A stretch of DNA of 64,000 nt, taken from Eledone cirrhosa. Lineage: Eukaryota. Positions 40,782 to 54,846 of this stretch are shown piece after piece. The notes below the pieces were generated by a model. It saw only the letters and a program-made list of their open reading frames with translations, had not been told where the DNA came from and searched no databases. The stretch covers positions 122,016,001 to 122,080,000 of the forward strand of contig OZ024742.1 of the NCBI GenBank assembly GCA_964016885.1. The letters are read 5' to 3'. The position numbers and the translations under genes were made by a program. Position 1 is the stretch's first letter. Each line of letters opens with the position of its first letter.

Positions 40782-40825
<44 letters not shown>

Positions 40826-40854
40826 TATTTAAATAAATAAATAAATATATATAT

Positions 40855-41779
40855 ATCACTTACTCTTGCGGAGGTCAGACGTGTTTTTCTTTTCTTGTCC
40901 ACACAGCCTCAGGTTTAATTTCAGTAGTTGATGTCGACTTTAATATTTTCTCTCTCTTCGAGTTGCTTACACACGTGTGCTTCGGGTTCCCCTCTTCGGT
41001 TTGTTGTTTTTCGTTTTATTCGCTGTTTTTATTCCTTTTTCCTTCCATTTTCCCTTCTGTTATATATTTTTTTTCTCTCTCTCCCTTTTCCTCCAATAAC
41101 TTCCTTTAGTTATTGACGCAATGGGGTTAGATGTCTTCTTTAATGCGTAGAAATATCCATGATCCCCCAGCAAATAACAGATGAAGGAAAAATTTCTCCC
41201 GTCCGTGCTTTCCTCTTATTTATAAATACACCTTATCCATCAACCACACAGCCCCTGTTTCTTCTTAATTTTTATCAAGTTTTGCTGTAACCTGTTCTCT
41301 CTTTCATCCTATCTATTTTGTTGCTATCAATCTTCCCCCTTCTCCCTTTCTCTGCCTTTCTCCTTCTCACTTTTACTCTCCCACCTTGCTGTTTCTCTCG
41401 CCTGTTCCTCTCGCTGTCTCTTTCTCACTTACTCTTGCGGAGGTCAGACGTGTTTTCTTTTCTCGTCCACACACCCTCGGAATTAAGTTCAGTAGCTGGT
41501 GTCGACTTTAATGTTTTCTCTCTCTTCGAGTTGCTTACACACATGTGCTTCGGATTTCCCACTTCAGTTTGTTGTTTTCCGTTTTTCTCGCTGTTTTTTT
41601 CCCTTTTTCTTCCCTTTTCCCTTCTGTTATATATATTTTTCTCTCTCTCCCTTTTCCTCCAATAACTTCCTTTAGTTATTGACGCAATGGGTTAGATATC
41701 TTCTTTAATGCGAAGAAATATCCATGATGCCAGTAGACAACGGACGATGGAAAATTTTCTCCTGTTCGTGCTTTCCACT

Positions 41780-41782
<3 letters not shown>
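40855..41782 (+). repeat. Diverged direct repeat, ~360 bp (40855-41220 and 41425-41782), resembling tandem pseudo-LTRs
   Basis: Shared start tcacttactcttgcggaggtcagacgtg and shared end cgtgctttcc. Confidence 0.8.
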
Positions 41783-41821
<39 letters not shown>

Positions 41822-41928
41822 AGGTTAAACAAGGTTCAATGAATAAATCAATGAATAAAGTTTTACAATAGATTAGAAGCACTCCACATTTAACCATCTA
41901 CTTAGTCAAGGTATGTCAAGCATCATCT

Positions 41929-41995
41929 TATTTTATCTGATGAGGACAGACTGTTGAAGATAGCTCAGTACCTCTGAAATATGTATAATAAAATA
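41929..41995 (+). ncRNA. Type I hammerhead-like motif
   Basis: TATTTTAT-CTGATGA-GG...CCtct-GAAA-TATGTA-TA-ATAAAATA. Confidence 0.62.
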
Positions 41996-42607
41996 TACTT
42001 GATCACACGAATGTCTATATTTGTTAATATTTTGAATTAATAAATATATATATATATAAATATATATAAACACAGAGAGAGAGTGAGACAAAGGGAGAAA
42101 GAGAGAGTGAGAGAGAGATAGAGAGGGAGAGAGAGAGAGTGAGAGAGAGAGATGGATATATATTCGCAATATATTTTATTAATGTTTGTAAGCTCTTGGC
42201 TTCACCATTTTCTGATGTTAAATAACGATAAATGTTAATGATTTCGGCTGCATAAAATGAACCATATAGACCTTGTAAAACGTTAGTGGCTATGTAAGTA
42301 TAATATTTATTTTGTCGCTACGTGTTTGAAACCTAAATAGGTTATTCTCTGCAAGATATTAATTATGTGGTTCCTATAATATTAGCAGTGTGCAAAGCAC
42401 GGAGGTCTGTGATTTTTATCTCTAATTTCCTCATAGAGCTCTCATAGAACCACATGATCATTATATAATATACCGCGACCTCTCATTTTGATACTTATGT
42501 CCCTAGCTTGGTCGAGCGTTTTTTTTTTGTTAATTAGTGTATGAGTTATTGTTAGCTTTACCCCTTATCACTTTCATCTTGTCGAGCGTATTACTTTATT
42601 CTGACTC

Positions 42608-43090
42608 TCAGGTTCTGCAGTTAGTTGGACACTGTGATGCGACCACAGTGGAGATCAACAGTTCAGTCTGCTGAGGACAAACGTCCTCCATGGGACCAAT
42701 AAGTTTTACGGGTTTCTTGTTCTGAAAGTCCTCAGAATCCAACGAGCCAGTCGTCTGCACATTGACGTAATTTTCGTGTTGTGTATATTTAGTTATGTGT
42801 ATATGAAACAATGCATCATTGCTCATGCCAATATCCAGGTCCCATATTGATTTTGATTCGGTGATTTTGATTTCTCCTGGTCCAGTGTACCTTTGTGGGG
42901 GTTGTCCTATGTTGTGGGCTGATAGCAGAAGGGCTTGAAACTTACCGGAATTAAATTGCATTTTGTTGTTTTCAGCCCATTCGTATATGGCATCTAGATT
43001 TTGTTGTAATTGATAACATAAGCCGGTTTCGTGATTTCCTGTGCTACTTTCGTTTCATCAGCATAGCTTGCGAAGGAGGCTGTCCGTATT
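42608..43090 (-). mobile_element. Degenerate CR1-like LINE RT fragment
   Basis: Minus-strand SYADETKV, LQQNLDAIYEWAENNKMQFNSGKFQ and WDLDIGMSND. Confidence 0.75.
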
Positions 43091-43521
43091 ATGGAAGGCA
43101 TGTCTGGAAGGGCCACCACAAACACTACTAACCCCAAGACGACTCATTCGAGCACGCCGCTTGTTATTTATGTTCCATTTGACAAGACTCCGTTGGATTC
43201 AACAGTCTGGCTTCTGTCTTTTCCAAAGTCATGAATCCATTCAACTAGTTTTCCAGCAAAGTCGAAATGTACGACATCTACGTTCGAACGATCTAGCAGC
43301 TGTTTGAGTATTCAGTCATTATGTTGTAAGAACTGCGTAAAACAACTTCTACCCGGGCGAAAGCCATGCTGGGTTCGTATTTATGTCGTCCATAGACTCG
43401 TTTCCTATTATATCAAGCTTAAAACTAAAATATGCTTTCATTGTACTGTGCTGTCTTCATTGTTATTTCTGTATTTTTAAGGGAATACACATACATATAT
43501 TTATATATATATGCATATATA

Positions 43522-43582
<61 letters not shown>

Positions 43583-43602
43583 TCACATATATATATATAT
43601 AT

Positions 43603-44081
43603 AGAAACAAATAGTAGAGAGGAAAAAGATTTTTTAAGTAGAAAATACTGAAGAGATTCTTTCAGTATAATATCAAAACATTTATTTATAAAGTGGATAT
43701 TTCCGCATTTAATAATACCGGTTTCAGCATTATATGCTTTTTCAACTACTTCTGTCAGCCAACTAACAGAAAACGAAGGATAAACACGGACAGAGATATG
43801 AACTCTCCTCTCTAAATATGTATGTAAAAACTAATAATTTTCCTTCCCCTTTTTATTATTCCTATAAATATGCAACTTAACCCTATTATGCATATCCGCA
43901 GTTGCAAAAGCATATAATGCTGAAACTGGTATTATTAAATGCGGAAATATCCACTTTACAAATAAATAAATGTTTTGATATTATACTGAAAGAATCTCTT
44001 CAGTCTTTTCTACTCAAAGATCTTTTTCCTCTCTACTATTTGTTTTTATATATATCAACTCGTGTGTTACTTTTCGACATT

Positions 44082-44083
<2 letters not shown>
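43603..44083. mobile_element. Inverted-repeat insertion (~145-bp arms at 43603-43747 and 43900-44050), homologous to 7830-7970, with a decayed HHR
   Basis: Direct reverse-complement match. GAAACCGGTA / GAAACTGGTA half-core. Short extra tail on the right arm. Confidence 0.75.
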
Positions 44084-44116
<33 letters not shown>

Positions 44117-46895
44117 AATATAATTTCAGCGAGATCGTATTTCGGCGGTGACCAAAAACAAAGCGAAACGCAATCTTCGAGATATGCGGCATGCGCTCAA
44201 TCGACTAAAGAAGACCAGAGAAATTAAAATACGTTATACAGGCCAGACAAAATGAAAACGGTGGTCGTGAAGCCATCAGCAACCGGAGCCAAACAACGAA
44301 GCAAGCTAAACAGGTTAACAAAAGGATTTACCTGGACCTCCTTGAAATTGTTGGTAGAGTCCAGTGGGAGGTTTCTGTGACACCTAAATCAATTATACTA
44401 AGCTTTCGTTGTAAGCTTTTGGTATAACGATCTAACAAGGCTGCCATTTCGTCAACAGGTATTTTGTTAAGAGCCGGCCATCGGGTTCCAATGCAGAAGT
44501 ATATATATATATATATACAGATACATACACACACACGGGCGCACTCACACACATATATAGGCACAAGCGTATTTTGGACTTGTTTGCCTCTCACCATTTC
44601 ATTAAAGAAATCGCGCTTAGTCTTATGGGATTTTGAACCAAGCGCCCTAACCACACAGTCATGCCAACACTGAGGTATTAATCAAACGATATTTAGAATC
44701 CAACGAATTTCGTATGAACAGAAAGTTTTCAAGTTGAATTATCCTCAGATGTAATAGATAAATAAAACTAGTAAACTGTGTGCCACATGTAAATTGAATT
44801 TTTAGAAGTATCAGCTCGATGCAAAATATTTTCGTAATGCACTTAGATATTTACTTCTTCTTATCAATTCGTATGAAACATACCGCAAAAATTCCTTATT
44901 CCGATAATTTTCTTGACTTTTCTAAAAGATTTATGTGTATTAAATTATTACTTGCCAGCTTACCTCTACTAATGAAATTTAGGTCAATTTCAAAGTTTAA
45001 TAAAACTTTAAAATGTCTTTTCTTTATACTGCCAGCTTAATCACGGACAAGCAGCATGCACGATACTTCTTCGACTATTTTATGTTACCAAGAATAGCAA
45101 GATGTCATAAAATTTCTTTATTGAATAGAATCACAGAAAAACATCTCCAAGCAGCCCAATATATTGTGAGTTGTATAATTTTCTTGTATTATAAAATCAT
45201 GTATTCTTTCTCTCTTGAACGTATTATTAATTTAAGCTACCAATATCCTACTCACACAATGTATTACCAGGTAAATATATTCTTAGTTGATGTAAACTCC
45301 ATTATCTCATAAAACACACACTTCCCCAGAATTGTGTTTTCTACGACACTGAAAATCATTCGTTTAGCAATTAGGAAGTTCTGTAAACTGGCAATGGATG
45401 GAATTGTAAAATACAGAATATGAAGAAATAAACAATGAGGAACAGCGTAGTGTTGGGGGAAATACTGATTTGTATTCAAAGCCCCAAATAGTTTCAAAGA
45501 GGGTGACTATTTTCGACTAAAATATCTTGTGTTATCTGTCAATTGCAACGTGTCTTCTGCAAGAACTCTTCAAAGTGACTGAGCTTGTAATTTACTTTAT
45601 ACTCACCTGTATGGCATTCTGGTTGGAATTAGTATTCATGAAGTATGAAAATGAATTGCAAGAAATATATTAATATGACCACATTATACGCAAGAAGAGC
45701 TCACGTCTATCCATAGCCATTCTAACCTAATTCATATAACTGGTAATTTGGAAAGATATAAATCACAATATAGAAAATAGAGTTTGTCGTAAATCTTCCA
45801 ATGGTTCTGGCAGAAAAGCATTCGATTAAATCAAAACAATAATGTTATTCATCTCAAATATCTTTACAAATCAAGGTTGAATTTCTTTATATTCTCTATT
45901 TGTTGCCGGCAATATTCTTAGTTAAGTGAATAGATTTTAGTTCTAATGATAGCATCATGGAATATAAAAGAGAAGAGAAAAACACAACTAAACTTTCTTC
46001 GAATGCCAATGAGTTTCAAGATCTATAATAAATTCATCGGCACGATAATACAGCAGTAATGGAATTCATCTTCAGGGTAATATGTTAAATATTAGAATAT
46101 TGAAATCAAATGCAGAAAATATGTAGGGGTTTTTAAATTGAAGTAATCTTGCACTTTTAAGCCACACACCTTTCAACATCTCATTTTAGAATTATCTATA
46201 ATATATAGACTGTGATCTAGTTAACAAAAGAAAGCTGCAAAAAATGCCAACTCGGAATATCTGTTGACTTACTCAAAACTTGTTCTCGTAGTGTAGAACC
46301 TGTCACACCCTTTTAAGATAGTGCTTCTTTACATCTTAAACCTCATAAACACATGAAATCTCCTGGAATATCTTGCTACTGGTGTTTGCTCCATTCTTGC
46401 AAGTTAAATTCTAAGAAAAGATGTTGACACACTGGACCAGTCAACTAAAACAAACAGTAAATATGTAGACATTGGACTGAAATCACTGATACGATCACAA
46501 AAAACACTCTTTTACATGTTCTGCTCCAAGCTCGAAGTATATGTAAATGACGTGAGGAAAAAGTGTTTTTTTTGTTATTTTACTGATATGCTATTGAGAT
46601 TTAAAGTAATTTGATACTGTACTGGCGTCTGAGATACAATTTTCTAGATAATATCGAATATTACTAATGGAGTGTAAAATAGATTTTATTAGATATACCC
46701 AAGATTTAACAGTTCTTCATTTATTGGGTTTATCATAGTTTATCATTCACTAATTAATGATGAGCCGAAAGTCATGCATATAGTTTTCGTTTTTACCCTA
46801 CATTCAATAAATATAAATACTATATTATTATTTGCAACTTAAACTAGTTCAATCTTTCCATATACATTTCTGAGACACTAGACTGTTCATATAAT

Positions 46896-47009
46896 TCTTT
46901 CTACATTTGCCACAAAGCCAGCAATTACCCGGTACATTACTGGTACTTTATTTTATCGATCCCGTAAGGATGAAAGACAAAGTTAACCTCGACGGGATTT
47001 GAACTCATC
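46896..47009 (-). mobile_element. Short SINE copy with TSD CATATAAT
   Basis: TSD at 46888-46895 and 47010-47017. Confidence 0.8.
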
Positions 47010-47779
47010 CATATAATGTTGTCCAATTGTCCATCCAAGTTAAGACAGTTTAATGTTTCCGTATGAATTTGATTCATACAGTTTCCCGTAATTCTCTTGG
47101 GAGTCGTTATTGGCATAAGGAGTTTCTATGGATTTTTTTAAAACGCTGGTGAAGCCCCAACTCCAGGTATGAACACAACAGATTTCTTCGTGAGAATGAT
47201 TTATCGACTTGGAAAGGATGAAAGTCAAATGATTTGAATTCAGAGAGCTGACAGCCGAAACAAATACCACAAAGCATTCTATCCGAAGTTTTCACGACTT
47301 CATGAATTTTATAGGGGATGATATAATTTCTGCGTATTTTTGTGGAACGTAATATGTTGGTATAATCACAATTTTCATTCCGTTAAATATATACTTGACA
47401 CAACTGTTGAATACGAAAAAAACATGAATTCCTTTGTATTCTTGTAAACAATTGATGAGTTTCACCAGCTGATTTAGCAGGGGCTATGAATCACACATCC
47501 AAGTATTTTAATATCAAATATATTTTTAGAACCGTTTGATGTTCCTTTCAAATTCATACCTCATACCGCTCAATGAATCTAAAAATAGATTATTTACATT
47601 TACTGTATAACCTAAGAAATTGTCGGTGTCGCTTTGGTGTAAATGTTAAGCACGGATTAATGCTATACTGTTTTTCTGTCTTCTTGTGTTTATATGCCAA
47701 ACATATAAGTTGCTGCTTCTTTCAAATTCATACACTATATTTATTTACTTTTTTATCGATCGGTCCGTCCGTCTCTCTC

Positions 47780-47846
<67 letters not shown>

Positions 47847-47859
47847 ATATATATATATA

Positions 47860-49647
47860 TAGGAAAATGTTTAATCCTGGCGGCAGAGCTCAAGCCGTTT
47901 CGACGGTTCTTTCTGGACTAAAGTAGAATGTTTAGCGTGGTAAATAAATAACCGAACATTTCAAGGGGTAGTTCCTTATATGGGAAGATTGTAGTTGTCA
48001 AAAGGATTGGTCAACATTTCTTGTAAACACCGTTAAATCTTTCACGGCAGTGGGTGGGAGGTGGTGGTGGCTGAACTTGCCTGTAGAACAATGAGGGAGT
48101 GGGTGGAGCTGGTCAAGCGTTGAAAGTGAATTCTATACAGCAAATTCTAAGGAGTGTGTATGAAATTAGGCAAGATAGGAAGAGGGCGAAAAAGGATTCT
48201 GCAGAAAATAGAGAGGGGACGTTATAGAATAGGTTAATAAAATGAGATTAGAAGATAATAAATAAATAAAAAAATATATAAAATTATAAAATTGGATAGT
48301 AAAAAGTAATAAAAAAATCTCTAGAGTCTAAAACAAATGCTATATTTAGTTGGTATTGCGTGTTCGGCCAATGCTATAGAATAGGTTAATACATTGAGAT
48401 TAGAATATACTAAATGAATAAAAACATTATAAAATTGGATAGTAAAAATTAATAAAAAAAATTAATTAAAAAAATCTCTAGAGTCTAAAACAGCTGCTAT
48501 ATTTAGTTGGTAATGCGTTTTCAGCTATATATAATTTACTGGGGCTGAGGCTACAAAAGCCCGATGGGCGGCTTCGGGGTAGGCGAAAGGGGAAAAAGGA
48601 AAAGGAAGAGGATAGGGAATGGAAGGAAGTGATAGGAAGAGATAAAGTGAAGAAGAAAAGAAAAAGGAAAAGAAACAGAAGTACATCTACCTAAGTTAGC
48701 TGGGGTTTCCCCTATCTTGTTCGGCAAGTGGGGAAAAGAAGGATGTTACAGCCATTGTCTATCCACTCGGGTCATGAGGGGTTTAAGGGCGAGGTAAGTC
48801 CTACGCAATCGGTGTTTGCATGCAGTTACAAGTTCATCTTTTTTGTTTAGGAGTTGGTCCTTCGTAAACAGCATTTGTAACGTTTCACGAGCATAAATTA
48901 TACGGACGGCGCCCTCCCATATAGGAGTTAGCCCTGGACAGTAAATGCCAAGTAAAATTATATGTTATGTTATTATCTTGGAGGTTGCAAATGTGGCCCG
49001 AAAGTGTAGTGGCATGTCGCCGGGCCGGGTTTCGAAACGTATGTCGGTGTTGGTAGAGCCGGGTCATAAAGTCACAAAGGTTTAATCCTATGTAGGGGTT
49101 GATGGAGGTTTCCGTCCCCACGTTGCATTGGTAGATTACGTTACGTTCTCAGCATCTGTTGTTTATTTATTATCTTCTAATCCCATTTTATTAACCTATT
49201 CTATAACGTCCCCTCTCTATTTTCTACAGAAAACTTTTTCGCTCTCTTCCTATCTAGCCTAATGTCATACACACTCCTTAGAACTTGCTGTATAGAATTC
49301 ACTTTCAACGCTTGACCGGCTCCACCTACTCCCCCATTGTTCTACAGGCAAGTTCAGCCACGCCACCTCCCACCCACTGCCATGAAAGATTTAACGGTGT
49401 TTACAAGAAATGTTGACCAATTCTTTTGACAACTACAATCTTCCCATATAAGGAATTACCCCTTGAAAATGTCGGCTATTTATTTACCACGCTAAAAATT
49501 CTAATTTAGTCCAGAAATAGCCGTCGAAACGGCTTGAGCTCTGCCGTCGAAGTTAAACATTTTCCTATTACCCACTCTACTACCCTAAGTATTGAGTACT
49601 ATGGTGCGTTATGGTCCATCTGGTTCCTTACAACACCTCCTTCGTAA
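47860..49647. mobile_element. Family B PLE inverted insertion: ~400-bp arms with a GIY-YIG remnant in the spacer (minus, ~48790-49150)
   Basis: 47860-48270 matches 49160-49570. The spacer encodes NVIYQC..YIG..TTLSGHI..W..NLC..CKHRLR, the same type as the 32-38 kb element. Confidence 0.85.
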
Positions 49648-49886
49648 TATATATATATATGGAAAAAATGAAACGAAATTTCATTTCTCACTCTTAGTAC
49701 GGCTGTTACTTAAATATAAGTATGTATACGTACATACATATATGTATACAGACGTACAGTAGTATGTATATATATACATACATGCACACATTTATATATG
49801 TACGTATGGGTTTACCGAAGGACTGTTATAATGCTCGGTTTGTTTGTAAACAAACAGCCCGAATTAAGCCGTACAGTGTTTAGCAA

Positions 49887-49924
<38 letters not shown>

Positions 49925-50810
49925 TATAAAGTATGTCCATAGAATCATTTGATAATATATATACACCATTTCCTCTCCCAATTAGCATAATTAACAACAC
50001 AAATAATCAATTAGACCAGGCTATAAGATTAAAAGGCACCTATTAAAAGAAATATTAGATAAATAAACGACAGCAATCTCTTCGCGACCAACCGCTATAG
50101 AATATTTACCCAACATTTCAACAACACGTGGAAATCGATTAAATATACCCTCGACCATACACAATTAGGTATAAAATTAAAGTTAGAAGAAAAAATGCAT
50201 ATACACATACCAGGATTACGTTTCTACCCTAGGGTTTCGTATGCTTTTGGAAATATCCTATTAAGGATAACATTTCGAGCTTCGAACTCATCAGGAAACA
50301 AACCTATTTGGAAAAAGGATTTTCTTAAGTGATCTCCGCCAGAAACGAATTCAAAATGGCTAACAACTGTGACGTGGCAGTGGTCAAGTCAGAAAGAATG
50401 TGATTGGTTGCTTACGGTGAGTGGGCTGGTTGCTAGAAAGCGCAGCCCAATATTGCCCAAATTTCATCTCAACCTTATGGGAGATTATTAATTATAAAGA
50501 TTTACATATACACAAACTAGACAAAGTCACAGATATATATGTTTTGGCAACCATTCACGATGTGGCTCAATGATGAATTAATAAATTAAATAATCAGAGC
50601 AATATATATATAGTTATATTTGGGGAGGGTCATATTGTTATAATATTGCCAGAAATAATAACAGAACACAATCACTGTTTAGTTTCGGTTGGTTTTCGCT
50701 TCTGCATCTCCATAGTTAATTTATTTGACAATCAATGTTTATCATTGATTGACCAACAGTTAAAAATACAGATATAAATATATATATATAGTCTATCAAA
50801 GTTCTCTCAA

Positions 50811-50865
<55 letters not shown>

Positions 50866-51619
50866 ATATATATACATAGGATCAGTTGGCGCTTTCTTTG
50901 GAAAGAAAAGCCTTGAACCTTGATATATATATAGTTGTTTAATGGTGGAGCAACCTTGATTGAACGGAAGTATATTTAAAAGACATGGCAGCTGTTAAGG
51001 CTCGGATTTTTACAGAATATGGAGAACATAATTGTACAATATATCTCAGCCTCTGAAACCATACAAATCAATTTGTGTGAAGAATCATAGTTATTTCTAG
51101 GCAGTTTGTCAAGCATGAAAACATTCATAGATTGTCAGCTGAGCATAAATCTAAATGTCTTACATGCGTTCCGTAATATCTTAAAGCAGAACTTTAGTTT
51201 CTTCGTTTCCTCCTTCTACCTACATTTACTGACTATTTATGTGAATGCGGACACACCGGTGTAATACATTGGTCATCTGTCTAAGGAGTATTTTCTCTTT
51301 CATCAGCTTAAAATTGAGGAAACATGAGTTCTTGAAATATGGGTGTAAGAAAAAATATTAGAAATTCCCCGAGACATCAACTTTAATGAATGTAGAATTT
51401 AGGAATGATCATAGAATTGTGGGGGATAGTATGATTTAATACTAAACATTGCTGTATAGTCTTGATAGGCACAAAGAAAAGTTGATTAAAAGATTAGTGT
51501 AATTAATTACATCAATAATTTCAATCAATAATTTCTGGTCATATTTTTAGAAGGAAGGAAATGCAGCCTGAATCAGTCATCCTTAATCAAACATTCCCAC
51601 ATTCCTGAATAAAAGATAA

Positions 51620-52155
51620 TAATGATTTCTATTTCAGGCATAAGGCCAGCAATTTTGAGGAAAGGGAAAGTCAATTATATCGACTACCATTATTTTAGTT
51701 GTACTTATTTTATCAACTGCAGAAAAATGGAAGGTGAATTTGACGTAGCCGAGATTTGAACTCAGTGAATCAAAGTTAATAACAGTTTTCTGATTTTGGC
51801 ACGAGCCCAAGAACTGGGGGGTGTTGGAGGTGTTTTGGTGGATGGATGGGGGTGGACTATATCATTGTATCGATTACTGTTGGATAAAAAACAGTGTTGG
51901 CTTCGGCAGGATAGGAACTCACAACGTAATAAGTCGTAAATAAATACTGCAAAAATCTAATGACATTGCCAATGTCCCTACCGTAAAATAATAGTAATAA
52001 CTGTTCCTACTTTTGGAACAAGGCCAGCAATTGGAAGGGGCGGGAAAAATCGATTAAATCGACAACATTGCGTACTGATACTTCATTTTACAGACTCCGT
52101 ATGATGAAAGGCTCACTTCAGTGGTATTTTAACTCAGAATATAAAGAGTCGTAAG
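51620..52155 (-). mobile_element. Cluster of three degenerate SINE copies
   Basis: Repeated aaggccagcaatt / atcgac / gaactca motifs starting near 51625, 51785 and 52003. Confidence 0.65.
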
Positions 52156-53315
52156 TATATGTAGTTTAGAATTTTGTTCGAGTTCTACCGATACTATCAA
52201 TCCACTGCCCTTTAATAATAATGTAATAATAATGATAATAGCAATAACAATAATAATAGCGCGCTACTATAGATATGCATAGATATGCAAATTCTATATA
52301 TATGTTAGCAGCTCTTTGAAAATAAATAACTAAATAAGTATTAGAGCAGACTTGACCTACTTGAAATATCAGCCAAATCTCCAGACAGCAAATTGGCAAA
52401 ATGCCTTCATGTATATATTGCAGCATTCTGGACTATATATTGAGGTCTTGTCGGTGTCAATTTTGCAGTTTATCCTATCTGTGTCAATAAAATAAAGCAT
52501 CAGTTTAGGGTGGTGTGTTGACGGATATGTTAAAGTTTTAGGAGAGATTCTTTACTGCATTTATTCCGGTTATTGCATTATGTGTAGTTACTGTAGTTTA
52601 CATTGTTGTTAGATTTCACAGCAGCATTTAGTCCAGGTGCTGCAAGTATTCAGACAAGGCTCATGTGAACGGTATGTTCTCTCTGACTAACTACTTCACA
52701 TAACATTTACATTGCCCCATATTTGCTGCTGTGCTTTCGTGGTGGGGGCTTTGCCTCACATAGTATCGAATCTATGAGATTTTAATGTTGTTTATTTTGA
52801 GATCAAAATAAACAAATGGTCAGTCTTAAATAAAATACATTCTATAATGCTGCTCTCCAAACCTTTGACAAGGCGGGTTGTATATATACATCAGTATTTC
52901 AATCAATATTTTTAGTAGAAAATAGCAGTGTATTCCATTAATTTTATAATACTACCTAAATGTAAATGATAATTATATTCTTGAACATAGAAAGGATAAA
53001 AGACGCAGTCGATTCTGATGGGATTTAAAACCAGATGATAGCTAGCACAAAGCATCGTACATCTAACATCGAACAGGAAATAAAAATTGGCTAGATGTAG
53101 TTTCAGCGGAGCTATACTAATAAACGAAGAGTACACAACCAATCTCCAGAGATTGCTGAACTCTCTTGTGAAGATTAGTATCTTCTCAGTTTCTATTAGC
53201 AACAGAGAAAAATGTTGAAGGATGAAGATTTGAACATTAAATAGATTTTTTCGTAATGAATAAAACAGTAGCTGGAATTGATAGTCTAGAAAATGTGAGA
53301 CTTATATCTTAATTT

Positions 53316-53367
<52 letters not shown>

Positions 53368-53408
53368 AAATTAAGATATATATATATATATATATATATT
53401 AAATTAAG

Positions 53409-53440
<32 letters not shown>

Positions 53441-54714
53441 ATATTTGAAAATACATAAGGCTGATGCGCTATCGATTCCAGAGATGGGATTGATTACGAC
53501 CGATTCTACCTCGAGCTGAACAATTGCTAAATACTGTCACGTGAACAAAATATGTATTTGATTCCCGGAGGAGTCTTGTGTACTTTAGTAAGACACTTAA
53601 TCTGGCGTTACTACTGTCCCATTAGCTCAAGAATGTATGTGTTACCTATAAGTCAAAGAGAGAGATTGTCCCAAATTTTATTACACTGAATCTCCCTCAG
53701 AATTTCTGAAAATCCCAAACCATGTATCAGGGTCTCAAATCCCCTAACTAACGGCTACCTAATCTGTAAAAATGAGATTTTCAGGCTTTGTCTACATTTT
53801 AACAAATATTTGCTTTATTGCCAAAGATCTGACCTAAATCAACGCAAGAAAACATGCAACTCCCACATTAACAATATCCCTACAATATCTCGATCACTTT
53901 CACCTTATATTACAACCTTGTTATTCATGTCCGGTTTCATTAACAAATTGAAAAACATTTTGAACATAAATGTGTCTCTCCCATTACAACGAAATTCTTT
54001 TATTTACGTTCTTTCTTACTCATGATCAGCTTTAAACAAACTATAAATATTTTTCACTCTGTGAACTTAAGCATACTTTCGTTTATTTATATTCGCCCGT
54101 TTTATTCTTTTGCTTTCTATTTCTTCTCTGTCGTTCCTGCTATTCCTTGTAATTGTTGCTCAAGTGTCTGTCTGTATGCAAGGAATGCTCTGTATATACT
54201 GACATAAAGAAAGTTATAAAGATTTACAGAAGTACGCCCATCGTTTTTCCAAATTAAATGAGTGCCAGTGCGAATGTATGTGCATGTGTTTGGGTGTGTA
54301 TATTCGTAATATATGTTTGTGTAATTGAAAGACTAACATTTATTTTTTCAGTTTTCTACGAGGAAAACATTTTACATACCTTGGTTACCTCCCTTTATGC
54401 GTTACCTCACTTCTTTCATAATTCGTCTCATTTATTTACACGAGATTATCACCATATACTGTTCAGTCATTTATAATCCTTTGCCAGAAGAGATGAGTAA
54501 CGCTTATCGCTTGCAGTTCTGCGGGCTTTGTTATCTTATGATACCATTGGCTGCAGGTGTTAATTATATCTTGAGATTATATATACAGTTGCTTACGTAC
54601 ATATGTAAGTATAGTAGAGGGGCAGGAGTGGAAGCAGCGATGGGTGGTCGACGCAGACATGATATGTCGTACCAAACATGTTGATCAGACAGGCCTGGGC
54701 AGTAGATATGATGA

Positions 54715-54846
<132 letters not shown>

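Larger units (their letters stand above)
39719..40784 (+). mobile_element. Head-to-tail array of family F (about 2.2 units), retrozyme-like
   Basis: Unit starts at 39719, 40176 and 40684. Length varies through an internal (TA)n. Inverted ~43-bp piece at ~39675-39717. Confidence 0.82.

Noticed and set aside
44800-46600. Possible host exons on the minus strand (GTGAGT donor-like site near 45606)
   Set aside because: All three minus frames contain stops within ~110 nt upstream and I recognise no domain. A short exon or pseudogene cannot be excluded without a search.
48880-49155. In-frame TGA codons in the GIY-YIG remnant read as selenocysteine (reported for some PLEs)
   Set aside because: The TGAs do not align with conserved Cys positions and the copy is otherwise decayed.
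50250-50300. Minus-strand CTGATGA...GAAA
   Set aside because: The core is present but has no stem I partner, so it is at best a broken HHR and was not counted.
52912-53202. 96-aa ORF as a host exon
   Set aside because: No recognisable homology, and only weak splice-like signals.
53305-53415. Short inverted repeat ATATCTTAATTTACAA around (TA)n
   Set aside because: Too short. Probably a local replication template switch at the palindromic microsatellite, with no element features.
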